Positions 1 to 9,791 of a stretch of 64,000 nt of DNA are shown here, one piece after another; positions within the stretch are counted from its first letter, which is position 1, and each line of letters opens with the position of its first letter. This stretch comes from a candidate division TM6 bacterium GW2011_GWF2_37_49 (lineage in GTDB: Bacteria > Babelota > Babeliae > Babelales > RVW-14), in assembly GCA_000989955.1 (NCBI GenBank), contig LBTE01000003.1:33847-97846 (forward strand), in the 5' to 3' direction. The notes beneath the pieces are model-generated. The model saw nothing but the letters and a program-made list of their open reading frames with translations. It ran no database searches and was not told the origin of the DNA. The position numbers and the translations under genes are program-made.

Positions 1-21
1 CCACAATTACAGTTAGATCAA

Positions 22-1077
22 TTGACGAATGAAAATACTTTTAGCGTCGAGCTCAACAATGATAATTTCAAGTCAAGAGTAACACAGCAGAATGAAAAGC
101 ATTTATTGCCAATAGATGAAATAAAAGAGTTCTTGCAACATCTTAATCAGGATAACAGCGATTTTATCGTTTTAAGCCTTGGCACAGGATACATAAAAAA
201 TCAAATAATTCCCAGCTATTTGCAAGATCTTGCAAAAGAATACCCTGATAAAAACTTTATCAATTATGCCATAGATCCTAAATTTTTTACGAGTAAATAC
301 GTAGACGAAAAGGATCAACAAGACGAAAACGAATTACTTGAGAGTCTGCAGCAAATTTCAAGTTCAAACAACATTTACAAATATCGAGATTTAGATAACT
401 TAAAAATTGCCTTATTTTCAACATTTTTACCTGAATTAAATGATGATACACAAGAATTAACACTCTTTTTTAAAATATTAAGAAGTATATTAAAAAATAA
501 ATTGCGTAGAGGATGCATTATTTTTTTTCATGTATGGTATACTCCTTGCAATCCATGTAACAACAATAGTGGACTAATGTTGACTTATGAACATTTACGA
601 TCTAAGGTTCCTGCTCAAAAGTCGAATTTACGATTTTTTGTCGGTAGGCAAACAGTTTGGGATCCTGAAGATACCCCTCATGGGCTAGAGCTTTATGATC
701 CGATTCAATTCAATTTTCAACTCAGTTACGCCGACAATATTATGTATAGCCTCAGTAAATCCAAAGACATTCAACAACAACAATGGACAGCCATTGAAAA
801 TGCTATCAATAAAACAAAAAACGTAAAATTTTGTTACAGAATAGACAAGGTACTGATCGACGAGAAGCAATGGAAAATGAATGGAATACAATCAGCAGCT
901 AACATAAACACTCGTGATGTCTGTGCACTTTACACAGGCAAACTAAACGAGAGCATTCGTAACAATCAGGAAACTAGTTTGCGAAGTATTGATCAAGAAC
1001 TAAGTAAACGAGGGAAGATGCTGCAAGATACAACCCATGGCTTCAAAATTGTCGACTCGCCGCCTTCTGATGAATAA
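22..1077 (+). CDS. Hypothetical protein (start uncertain, near window edge)
   Basis: 351-aa ORF, no recognisable motif. Confidence 0.6.
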   Translation: MTNENTFSVELNNDNFKSRVTQQNEKHLLPIDEIKEFLQHLNQDNSDFIVLSLGTGYIKNQIIPSYLQDLAKEYPDKNFINYAIDPKFFTSKYVDEKDQQDENELLESLQQISSSNNIYKYRDLDNLKIALFSTFLPELNDDTQELTLFFKILRSILKNKLRRGCIIFFHVWYTPCNPCNNNSGLMLTYEHLRSKVPAQKSNLRFFVGRQTVWDPEDTPHGLELYDPIQFNFQLSYADNIMYSLSKSKDIQQQQWTAIENAINKTKNVKFCYRIDKVLIDEKQWKMNGIQSAANINTRDVCALYTGKLNESIRNNQETSLRSIDQELSKRGKMLQDTTHGFKIVDSPPSDE

Positions 1078-1094
1078 GACAATTTTAAACATGT

Positions 1095-1125
1095 TCAATA
1101 TTTTGACGTAGCGTCAAAATATTGA
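1095..1125. terminator. AT-rich hairpin after ORF 22..1077
   Basis: tcaatattttgacg-tag-cgtcaaaatattga perfect 14-bp inverted repeat. Confidence 0.5.
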
Positions 1126-1136
1126 TTTCTAGGCTT

Positions 1137-1271
1137 ATACATCAGCTCTACACTTCGTTATGTAGCCACTAATCAGTTGTAGCGAAAAAACAATAAATTT
1201 ATCGCTTCGGCCTACGAACATTGATTGGGAGCTGTGTTACAGAGGTTTTTTATAAAAACTGCAAGAAGTGC
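1137..1271 (+). repeat. 135-bp dispersed intergenic element, copy 1 (+ defined as ATACAT...TGCAAAAAGTGC)
   Basis: atacatc at 1137, gattggg and aactgcaagaagtgc at family offsets; divergent copy. Confidence 0.7.
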
Positions 1272-1288
1272 CATCGATTAAATTTAAA

Positions 1289-1366
1289 TGGCGGGGCTGA
1301 CGAGACTCGAACTCGCGACCTTCCGCGTGACAGGCGGACGCTCTAACCAAACTGAGCTACAGCCCC
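1289..1366 (-). tRNA. tRNA-Asp(GTC)
   Basis: Reverse complement GGGGCTGTAGCTCAG...ccgcc-tGTCac-gcgg...GTTCGAGTC...CCA. Confidence 0.97.
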
Positions 1367-1444
1367 TCGAACTTTTAAAATGAATTTAACCGTTCTAAGG
1401 TTAAACCTATTGTGCCAAATATTTTGAATAATTCAAGAAAAAAA

Positions 1445-3331
1445 TCATAATTTTATAACCTTTACAATACTTGCAGCGTCTATTCCAGCATCACTTAATA
1501 ATTCTTGTGGGCTGCCAGATCGGGATATGTGGTCCAGGCCAAGCATCTGCACTCGTACATCGGAGTTAATTAAACTGCTTGCAATCATAGATCCGATTCC
1601 ACCATTGATGTAGTGATCTTCCACCGTAATCACGCGATTGTCAGACTTTTTTGCCGTCTTTAAAATCGTTTGTGCATCAAGCGGCTTGATGCTGTACAAA
1701 TCGATTACCGAGACCAAAAAGCCCTCTTTTTTCAGTATTTCATAAGCCTTTAATGCTTCGTGTAATGTTATACCGGCAGCAACAATACAACATCTGTCTT
1801 TTTGGCTTTGGCGCAACACTTTGCAGCCGCCGATCGCAAATTTTTCGTTGATATCGTAAAGCATTGGCGTATCAGCACGGGTTGTTCTGACGTACGAAAT
1901 ACCTTTATTATAATTTGCGCTTAATTCAATCAATTTATACGCTGAAACGCCATCGCTTGGATAAAGAATTACCGAATCAGGGATCGTGCTTATCATCGCA
2001 ATATCTTCAAGAGCCATCTGCGATGGGCCGTCTTGCCCAATCGAAACACCGCAGTGGGAGCCACAAAGGCGCAAAGCGTGCTTACCAACACCAGCCATGC
2101 GGATCTGATCAAATGCTCGCGTTAAAAATGCGCCAAATGTCGATACCAAAGCAATTTTGCCGCGCGCTTGCAAACCCGTGGCCACTCCAATCATATTTTG
2201 TTCAGCAATAAAGCATTCAATAAATCGTTCCGGATAATCTTTTGCAAACATATCTGAAAACGTTGAATTTTTAACGTCTCCATCAAGAGCTATCGCGTTT
2301 TTGCAAGACTTACCGATAGCTGCAAGCGCGTACCCATAAGCCTTACGTGTGGATAATTTTTTATCATCGGCAAACAAGGCCTTGTTTGGGTCTTTTGCCA
2401 AATCGATAGACACATGAGCCTGAACAACTTGCGCTTTTGACTTATCTGGCGCAGGGATTATATATTTAGTTTTTGATTTAAATCCAACATCTTTTTTGAA
2501 TCGCACCAGCATTTTTTGAATTAATTTTTCGGATTCATCAGCGCTTAGCGGCTTACCATGCCAGCTTTGCTTGCCTTCAATATCCGTAATTCCATAGCCT
2601 TTTTGCGTTTTTGCAATTATCATTGTAGGCTTGTTTTTGGATTTATGAGCTTTTTGTATTGCGTTAAAAATTTGTTTTACATCGTGGCCATTGACAGTCA
2701 AGGAGTTCCAACCAAAAGCCTTAAATTTGGCAGCGATCTTTTTAATATCTTGGTCAAGCATTGTTTGACCAGATTGGCCTAACCCGTTGCAGTCTACAAA
2801 GCCTATCAAGTTATCAGCCTTGTTGTACGCCGCAAGCTCGGCAGCCTCCCACACGGAGCCTTCTGCTATCTCTCCATCACCAAGCAACACATATGTTTTA
2901 TAGTCTAGTTTATCTAATTTCGCATTCAGAGCCATACCAAGGCCGATAGAAAGCCCCTGACCCAGCGAGCCAGTGGCCGCTTCGTTAAAAGCAAACCTTG
3001 GCGTTGGATGCCCCTCAAAAACAGAATTAAATTCACGCAAACTCATCATTTGCTCGTTTGTTATTACACCTGCATTTTTCCATGCGGCATAGACAACCGG
3101 TATTGCATGCCCCTTTGAAAGAATAAAACGGTCATTTGCAGGATTAGATGGATTTTTTGTGTCATAGCGCAAAAAATTAAAAAATATCACAGAAACAATA
3201 TCGGCTGCAGACATGCAAGAAGTTGGATGGCCAGATCTGCTCTTTGTTGTAGCGCGAATGGAATCTACTCGTAAATTTAACGCCTGGTGCTTTAAAAATT
3301 GTACTTTTTCTTTGTTTAAAGTATTTTTCAT
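1445..3331 (-). CDS. tkt: Transketolase (single-chain ~620-aa type)
   Basis: SGHPTS, DRFILSKGHA, TGSLGQG, GDGE TPP motif, IAEQNM, GQDGPSQMALED. Confidence 0.95.
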   Translation of the reverse strand: MKNTLNKEKVQFLKHQALNLRVDSIRATTKSRSGHPTSCMSAADIVSVIFFNFLRYDTKNPSNPANDRFILSKGHAIPVVYAAWKNAGVITNEQMMSLREFNSVFEGHPTPRFAFNEAATGSLGQGLSIGLGMALNAKLDKLDYKTYVLLGDGEIAEGSVWEAAELAAYNKADNLIGFVDCNGLGQSGQTMLDQDIKKIAAKFKAFGWNSLTVNGHDVKQIFNAIQKAHKSKNKPTMIIAKTQKGYGITDIEGKQSWHGKPLSADESEKLIQKMLVRFKKDVGFKSKTKYIIPAPDKSKAQVVQAHVSIDLAKDPNKALFADDKKLSTRKAYGYALAAIGKSCKNAIALDGDVKNSTFSDMFAKDYPERFIECFIAEQNMIGVATGLQARGKIALVSTFGAFLTRAFDQIRMAGVGKHALRLCGSHCGVSIGQDGPSQMALEDIAMISTIPDSVILYPSDGVSAYKLIELSANYNKGISYVRTTRADTPMLYDINEKFAIGGCKVLRQSQKDRCCIVAAGITLHEALKAYEILKKEGFLVSVIDLYSIKPLDAQTILKTAKKSDNRVITVEDHYINGGIGSMIASSLINSDVRVQMLGLDHISRSGSPQELLSDAGIDAASIVKVIKL

Positions 3332-3963
3332 TTTTGAGCCCCTTTTAAAAAATCAAATACGAATTGACTCCAGCTTTCCATGTTCTGATAATGCTTTTGA
3401 CACTCCTCAATCGACAACAGTTCTCCGCTCTTAAGCTCAGACTTCACAGAAATATTATTATTATCACCAGTCAAAAGTATGATAAATCCGAGGTGTACCT
3501 GGCCAACAGCATCTTCATCATAATTTACAAGCCCCAGCGGCTTGACTTGCAGACTTCCTTCGTAATTCACCTCTTCATTAAATTCACGTTTTGCCCACTC
3601 AAAAATATCATCGCCAGCTATATCTTCCTGCCTGATGTGTCCACCAATGCCAAGCGAAAACTTGCTCTGCAGGCGAGTTTCACTAGCTGTACTCTGACGT
3701 TGCATGATAAAAAGCTTATTTTGATGGATAAAAACAATGTATGGTATTATTTGTTTGTAAGCTGGGTCTAGCTCCATTTCCGAACGCCATTTAAATTCTT
3801 TGTGTGTTTTTATGATTTCAAGGTAACTAGAAAACCCTTCTAGCGGCAAAAAACCATTGAAAGCTTTCTCCGGAAATAGATCTTTGCGCGGTACAACCAA
3901 TATTTTTTCGTCTTTTTTAATGATCGTTTTATTAGCATCAAATTTGTTTTTTTGTGTTTCCAT
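3328..3963 (-). CDS. NUDIX-like predicted phosphoesterase (YmaB/COG4112-like)
   Basis: E.DP.YKQIIPY, SLGIGGHI, REFNEEV Nudix-like box, VGQVHLG, MESWS. Confidence 0.85.
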   Translation of the reverse strand: METQKNKFDANKTIIKKDEKILVVPRKDLFPEKAFNGFLPLEGFSSYLEIIKTHKEFKWRSEMELDPAYKQIIPYIVFIHQNKLFIMQRQSTASETRLQSKFSLGIGGHIRQEDIAGDDIFEWAKREFNEEVNYEGSLQVKPLGLVNYDEDAVGQVHLGFIILLTGDNNNISVKSELKSGELLSIEECQKHYQNMESWSQFVFDFLKGAQK

Positions 3964-4149
3964 TCACTTCTCCATAAATTAAAAAATTCAAAGGCTTATG
4001 CGCCAACGTAGCAAAAAAAGCTTAGGGGGGCAACATTGCTAGCCAAAATTATTTGCATAAATTACCACTTTATTGACTTTTTCATCAAATAAATCGAAAA
4101 ATCAAAATATGTTGTTAATTGTTTGTTTTTTTATAAAAGGACCTAATTT

Positions 4150-5991
4150 ATGCTTTATAAAATACTTTTTTTGATAATAACATTTGCACTAAACAGTGCC
4201 TTATTTGCTGACAACATAACTGTCATAAATCATACAACAAATCCAGTTTGGGTTGGGGTTTACAAGGTAAAGGCCAGTTGGTTGGGCACAAGTATTGGCG
4301 ATGCAGATTTACAAAATAAGATTGTGAAAATTCCAGCCGATGGTAAAACTGAATTTGATCGACCACGTGTGAAATTAAAAATCAATCGTGAGGTCTTTTT
4401 TTCTGATGTCGAAAAAGATCTAAAAAATAAATTTAATAATTATGAATATAAATTAATAAATAAAATACCCGCAGGAACAACAAAAGGCTCAACTTTCCAT
4501 ATTGCAGAAAAAGATGGCGTTATTAAAGGATACCATGAGATTGAATGGAAGGTTGTTAAGCCCATTATTGAAGCACTTAGAAAGATAACCAAACCGATAC
4601 GAGACAGTTTCGCCAAAGGCCCTCACGGTAAAGAAACAGCCGTTGTTCGAAGAGGTTCAAATTTGGCACCGGAAGAAGTAGCGTTCTTACATAAAAGAGA
4701 GTCAAAGGTAAAAAACGCCCTAGAAAAGCTTCTTAAGATAAAATTGGATGGTAAAAAAATTCCCAAAATTGCTCTTTGTATGAGTGGAGGAGGAATGAGG
4801 GCCGCAACGGTTGCAACAGGCGTATTTGAAGGATTAGAAAGCACTGGATTGCTTGACGCAACAACTTATGTTGCTGCTCTATCTGGATCTACTTGGACTG
4901 TTGCTAGCATTGTAGAACTTGGACAATCAACTCAGGATTATTGCAAGCATTTTACGGAATCACTTACAAGTCTACATGCTTTCAATTTGGCTGATGCAAT
5001 ACATGTTTTGCAACCTAAAGTCTTATCTAATCAGCAAATAGGGCCTGTCGATTTGTATGGAATGTTATTAGCTGCTACATTTTTTCACCACAAAAAAAAT
5101 AAATACGGTAGCCACGATATTCAATTATCTGATTCTCAACGACGTATAAAAGACGGTAACCTTTTCTTTCCTATCTACACAGCTCTCCAAGTTAAGGATA
5201 GCAATCTACATTGTGCAGAGTTTACGCCTTACGAATTTGGCATCGATGATTGGAATATGCATATTCCAATTTGGTCATTTGGTAGAAAATTTGTAAATGG
5301 AACATCAACAGACTTTGCAACTGAGCAATCGCTTGGATTTTTAATGGGAATATGGGGATCTGCGCTCTCAGGATCAATCAAAAATATTATTAATACCGCT
5401 AAAAGTACACTACCAAATGTTATTTTCAAGGCGTTGAATGATATTTCTGTAGAAATCGGAGTTAGTAGCATTAGAGCTGCAGCCATTAAAGCATATAATC
5501 CATTGTATGCAGTTAAGGATTCTCCTTTTAAAAACTGGGAACAAATTACTCTGATGGATGCAGGGTATGTGAATATCTTCCCATTCCATCCAATCTTTAA
5601 TAAAGAACGCGAAATTGGTATAATAATATTTGTTGACGCTTCAGGAAGTGTTTTCAAAGGCACTCCGGATTTTAAGGAAGTAGTTAAATATACTCAAGCA
5701 AACAGAATACCATTCCCTCAAATAACGTTTGATTTTTTGACGAAAAATCAGGTAAATCTTTTCAGTGATAAAAAGAATGCAAATGTGCCAATTGTCATAT
5801 ATTTAGCACCAGTTAAAAATAAAAAATTTAATTCTTCATATGATCCTAAAAAAGAATATCCTAGTACTTTCAAATTTATTTACACACCAGAAGAAATTAA
5901 AAATCTCAAAGGCGTAATGAGACAAAATATTATTGATCATAAAGACAAAATTATTGACGCAATTAGACAAAAAATAGAACAAATTTCGTAA
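4150..5991 (+). CDS. Secreted lysophospholipase / cPLA2-type phospholipase (PLA2_B-like)
   Basis: Signal peptide; SGGGMRA, ALSGSTW nucleophile motif, FPIYTAL, EFTPYEFG, LMDAG. Confidence 0.85.
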   Translation: MLYKILFLIITFALNSALFADNITVINHTTNPVWVGVYKVKASWLGTSIGDADLQNKIVKIPADGKTEFDRPRVKLKINREVFFSDVEKDLKNKFNNYEYKLINKIPAGTTKGSTFHIAEKDGVIKGYHEIEWKVVKPIIEALRKITKPIRDSFAKGPHGKETAVVRRGSNLAPEEVAFLHKRESKVKNALEKLLKIKLDGKKIPKIALCMSGGGMRAATVATGVFEGLESTGLLDATTYVAALSGSTWTVASIVELGQSTQDYCKHFTESLTSLHAFNLADAIHVLQPKVLSNQQIGPVDLYGMLLAATFFHHKKNKYGSHDIQLSDSQRRIKDGNLFFPIYTALQVKDSNLHCAEFTPYEFGIDDWNMHIPIWSFGRKFVNGTSTDFATEQSLGFLMGIWGSALSGSIKNIINTAKSTLPNVIFKALNDISVEIGVSSIRAAAIKAYNPLYAVKDSPFKNWEQITLMDAGYVNIFPFHPIFNKEREIGIIIFVDASGSVFKGTPDFKEVVKYTQANRIPFPQITFDFLTKNQVNLFSDKKNANVPIVIYLAPVKNKKFNSSYDPKKEYPSTFKFIYTPEEIKNLKGVMRQNIIDHKDKIIDAIRQKIEQIS

Positions 5992-6020
5992 AATATTAGC
6001 TTTTTTAATCTTTTTCTTAA

Positions 6021-6073
6021 AATAAAAGAGGTCTTGTGGGGTAGACAAACTACCCCGCAAGACCTCTTTTATT
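6021..6073 (+). terminator. Rho-independent terminator (possibly bidirectional)
   Basis: aataaaagaggtcttgtggggtag / ctaccccgcaagacctcttttatt long stem with A/T tails. Confidence 0.8.
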
Positions 6074-6168
6074 TATCATATTTGAAAATCGTTAGCAGTT
6101 TTTGCTAAAATGAAGATGTAAATACATTGTTAGTGTAAATTACAATCAAAAAATTGGAGGAATTGTTT

Positions 6169-6789
6169 ATGCTGGACTTTGTAAAAAATATTTTAAAATT
6201 TATCGTTATATTTTTAATCTTAGATGGGTGCGTTTACTTCAATGCCAATCCAAAAAAACTTACCAATGTATCTGGCGACAAATATCTTTATTTAAAATAT
6301 GTTCCAATCGCTGACAGATTCAGCAATGTTTACAAATTCCAGTTGGTACTTATGCCTCGTAAAGAAGATGCTACAGACTTAAATATAGAGCTTGTAGACA
6401 TGAAAGACGAGAAAGGGAATCTGGTTGAAAAAACTGTATTTGGAAGCCGTGGCCGCTATATGATGGCAAACATAAAAACACCAGATAACAAGTATCTTGT
6501 TTTTTATTATCCTGACAATGCATACCCAATCACCACGACTCAGGGTTCAGATTTACATATTCAAGCTTTGGATAAAATCCCTTCAGATATGCCGAAATAT
6601 ACATGGTTGATATTTCATCATTATCAGCTAGACCAGTACTTCTTTCAACCTGTATTAAACGATTTTTGGTACCTTCAACGAATGCAACACAAGGCAATTA
6701 ATGGTCTTCCTGTTGTTGATGTTTTGCCGTACGAAGGAACCCCTGAAAGTACTGGTAGATATTTTATTTTTTGGAAATTAGAAGATTAG
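6169..6789 (+). CDS. Hypothetical exported protein
   Basis: ATG 6169 follows GGAGG; hydrophobic N-terminus. Confidence 0.65.
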   Translation: MLDFVKNILKFIVIFLILDGCVYFNANPKKLTNVSGDKYLYLKYVPIADRFSNVYKFQLVLMPRKEDATDLNIELVDMKDEKGNLVEKTVFGSRGRYMMANIKTPDNKYLVFYYPDNAYPITTTQGSDLHIQALDKIPSDMPKYTWLIFHHYQLDQYFFQPVLNDFWYLQRMQHKAINGLPVVDVLPYEGTPESTGRYFIFWKLED

Positions 6790-6834
6790 GCATAAACGAT
6801 GATGTATGAATAATTTTTATAAAGAAAGAAGGTT

Positions 6835-9342
6835 ATGAAAAAGCATGAAGTGTTGATTATTGCTGGCGCTTTTTTGTGTGTTAATTTGTGTAATGCAGAA
6901 ATTGAAAAGTCTAGCTATAAGCCATTAGATGAAATTAAGCGATCCTGGGAAGATTTTAAATCAAAGGCATCAAGTGCTGCAGAAGCCGTTAAAAAAAAGG
7001 CGTCAACTGCTGCAAAATCCGTAACTAAATCAGTTAAAAAAGTTCAGGATGCTATAAAAAAAACTAGTTCCAAAGTTTCGCCAGAAACGGATTTATCTAA
7101 GCAAAATTTGCCACAAAAACAAGCAGCCTCCACATCATTTATTTATAAAATTCCTGTAATTTCAAAGTTTGTTAATAAGTATATAAAGCCAAATCCTGAC
7201 GTTGTAGAAATGCTAGATGGTATACGAAAGTCTGCAGCAGATTGGAAGGCTGAAAATGGCATTCTTAGTGGAGCAACTGCTTTGAAAAATTTGGATTTTC
7301 AGCTAAATTTATACAAAAAGAATCCAGCATATAAAAAAGAATGTTCAAAATTGAGAGCAGAAAGATACATTTTGTCGGCTAAAATGCTTGAAGATATTGA
7401 TACATATTCTGATGATAAATTAAAAAAATTAGAACAGGCAGAAGCACTTTCAATTTTAAAGGTCTTGAAGTATGAAAATGATATCAAATTATATGAATCA
7501 GATCAAAAAGAGGCTGAGCGCCACAAGCCAGGTATGATAGGACAACAAAGTTCTGAACCTGATGTTGGCGCTATAATTTTAAAGTCTGCTGGGTTTGCTG
7601 TTTCAACTCCTGATTTAGATCATTTTCAGATCAAACCGATAGGACGAAACGCTGAAACTAAAGGCTCTCTTGCTGAGAAGAGGGCAACAGTCATCGAGGC
7701 TATTTTAGCCGATTTAAATAATCAGCTTAAGGAAAAGAAGTTAATAGATGAATCGCTGCTTCAGGAGATAAAAAGCCTCCTGCCAGAACCTGGCATGTTT
7801 GATGCTCATGGTAGTTCTGATAGAGCTTATAACTTGATCGACGAATTTAATAAAATATCAAAGGACAATGATGCGGCTAAAAAACAGAAAGAGGGTCCTG
7901 AGGCAGCCAAAAAGGCAACCAAAAAATTAGAAGCTGCTAAGATGAAGTTAGAGATGTTTATGCAAAAATTGGGGTTTGTAAAAAGTTCAACAGTTGAGGG
8001 TAGGTTTGATAATAAAGCGCCAAAGCATGCTGCGCATGTTGTTCAAGAAATATTGGGCATCAAGGAGGAGGATTTTCGCAAAGCTATTGCAAAAGATCCA
8101 GCAGTATTAAAAAAATATCTTGTTGTCAGAACAGCGGATGATGGCACAGTGACTGGGTATGCTCTTAAGAATCCAAAAACTGGAGCCGAAGTAGAGGTTG
8201 GGTCCTACAAAGAACCAACTAAGGAAGATTTGGATCATGCTGCTGACGACAAATTAGATAAAATTATTGAACAGCAAGGAGAGGGTTGCTTAACAAGGGG
8301 TGGTTCGTTTTCTATATTAATAGCTGAAAACAGCGAAGCAGCAGCGGCTATTAATATAGGGGCAATGCAAGCAGATCCAAGTTACAGAGGTGCCACAATT
8401 ATTACAGCATCTAATTTTCATGGGTTAGAGACTGTGCATAAAGATGATGTTTATGGATCGATAGAAGAAAATGGTAATATGCAAAGCGTTAAATTTTCAG
8501 ATGGATTAGGTAAGCCTGTAAGTGGATATTATAGGGATCTTACGCAAGGGCCAGGAGTTGCATTGTCAACACCAGCAGCGACTATTTTTAGAACTTATTT
8601 TAAGGGGTGTGTCGATAATCCAGACGATCCAAGTAAATGGCCACAACGACCTGATGGTAAAAATCAAGATACTAATTTGTTAAGGGATTTTGACATTAAA
8701 ACACAAAATGGATATGTAATATCTGATATTAATTCGTTAAAGTCGCTATATCAACAATCTGCTTTTGCCAAATTTAGATTGGCAGTGCAGGACGGGGTTG
8801 AAGTTACCGGAGGCGCTGTTAATGGTGGAAAACATACAGAATTTAGAGATCCAAATCAGAAGGTTAGACAAGTATTTGTTGCGGCGCTTGATGTTGGTCC
8901 AGGAAGTACATTTAAACCTAAATCCGAGGAAGAGAGACAAATATTAAAACAAGCAGCCATAAGCGTATTAAAGATGAGTTACAGCGCTGCTATAAAAGCA
9001 GCCTTTGTTCAAGGAAGTAAAAAAGTAGTAATGCCTCTGGTTGGCGGTGGTGCGTTTGGCAATGATCCAGCCTGGATCAAAGAGGCTATTGAGCAAGCAA
9101 TGGAGGAGAATAAAGCGTATATTCATGCTGGTGATATACATGTGGAATTAAATGCTTTCCGTGACCAAAAGCCTGATCCAGAAAATGGTAAAGCTGGTAC
9201 AGATTACGTAAGCTCATATAAAGGACTAGTACAGAGTTTTGGTGGTGAAGTAAGAAGATTTGGAACGGATACGACTGGTCAAGTAGTTACAAAAGTTGAA
9301 AAAATTGAAGCTGCATTAACAGAACCAATAACATCAACCTAA
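6835..9342 (+). CDS. Large secreted protein with C-terminal macrodomain-like (ADP-ribose hydrolase-like) region
   Basis: Signal peptide; ASNFHGLE, DLTQGP, ATIFRTYF, LVGGGAFGNDP motifs. Confidence 0.6.
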   Translation: MKKHEVLIIAGAFLCVNLCNAEIEKSSYKPLDEIKRSWEDFKSKASSAAEAVKKKASTAAKSVTKSVKKVQDAIKKTSSKVSPETDLSKQNLPQKQAASTSFIYKIPVISKFVNKYIKPNPDVVEMLDGIRKSAADWKAENGILSGATALKNLDFQLNLYKKNPAYKKECSKLRAERYILSAKMLEDIDTYSDDKLKKLEQAEALSILKVLKYENDIKLYESDQKEAERHKPGMIGQQSSEPDVGAIILKSAGFAVSTPDLDHFQIKPIGRNAETKGSLAEKRATVIEAILADLNNQLKEKKLIDESLLQEIKSLLPEPGMFDAHGSSDRAYNLIDEFNKISKDNDAAKKQKEGPEAAKKATKKLEAAKMKLEMFMQKLGFVKSSTVEGRFDNKAPKHAAHVVQEILGIKEEDFRKAIAKDPAVLKKYLVVRTADDGTVTGYALKNPKTGAEVEVGSYKEPTKEDLDHAADDKLDKIIEQQGEGCLTRGGSFSILIAENSEAAAAINIGAMQADPSYRGATIITASNFHGLETVHKDDVYGSIEENGNMQSVKFSDGLGKPVSGYYRDLTQGPGVALSTPAATIFRTYFKGCVDNPDDPSKWPQRPDGKNQDTNLLRDFDIKTQNGYVISDINSLKSLYQQSAFAKFRLAVQDGVEVTGGAVNGGKHTEFRDPNQKVRQVFVAALDVGPGSTFKPKSEEERQILKQAAISVLKMSYSAAIKAAFVQGSKKVVMPLVGGGAFGNDPAWIKEAIEQAMEENKAYIHAGDIHVELNAFRDQKPDPENGKAGTDYVSSYKGLVQSFGGEVRRFGTDTTGQVVTKVEKIEAALTEPITST

Positions 9343-9533
9343 GTTGCTACCAAAATTAGAATTTAAACTTATTGCAAAGATAAGTTGTTTATGCAGACAA
9401 GGGTTATTCAAATTACAAGCTTGAAGATGAATAAAAAAATTAAAAACCTTTCAGAAAAATGCTGGCAGATGCAGTAACAGCAACATCAAAACTTATATAA
9501 TTCCATCGCGACAAAACGCAGATTTAAGCAGGT

Positions 9534-9668
9534 ATACATCAGTTACGTATTACAGAACATGCGCAAGCATAGGCCTTGCTAGCATTTTGACAAAATTTAC
9601 AACTCGGCCTGCTTGGCGCGATTAGATGTGCTATTTCGAATAAAGTTTTAAAAAATTGCAAAAAGTAC
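9534..9668 (+). repeat. 135-bp dispersed intergenic element, copy 2
   Basis: atacatc 9534; ataggc, ttgacaaaatttac, gattag, cgaat, attgcaaaaagtac at fixed offsets. Confidence 0.8.
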
Positions 9669-9791
9669 ATGCGTACTTTAAAATATTTAATTCAGTGAAT
9701 GTGTAAAGTGCAACCTTATGAGTTATGTTAGCCTTCGTATGAATGTTTTCTTATAACTAAATTAATGCGCAATAAATATTAAGAAAGGCAC

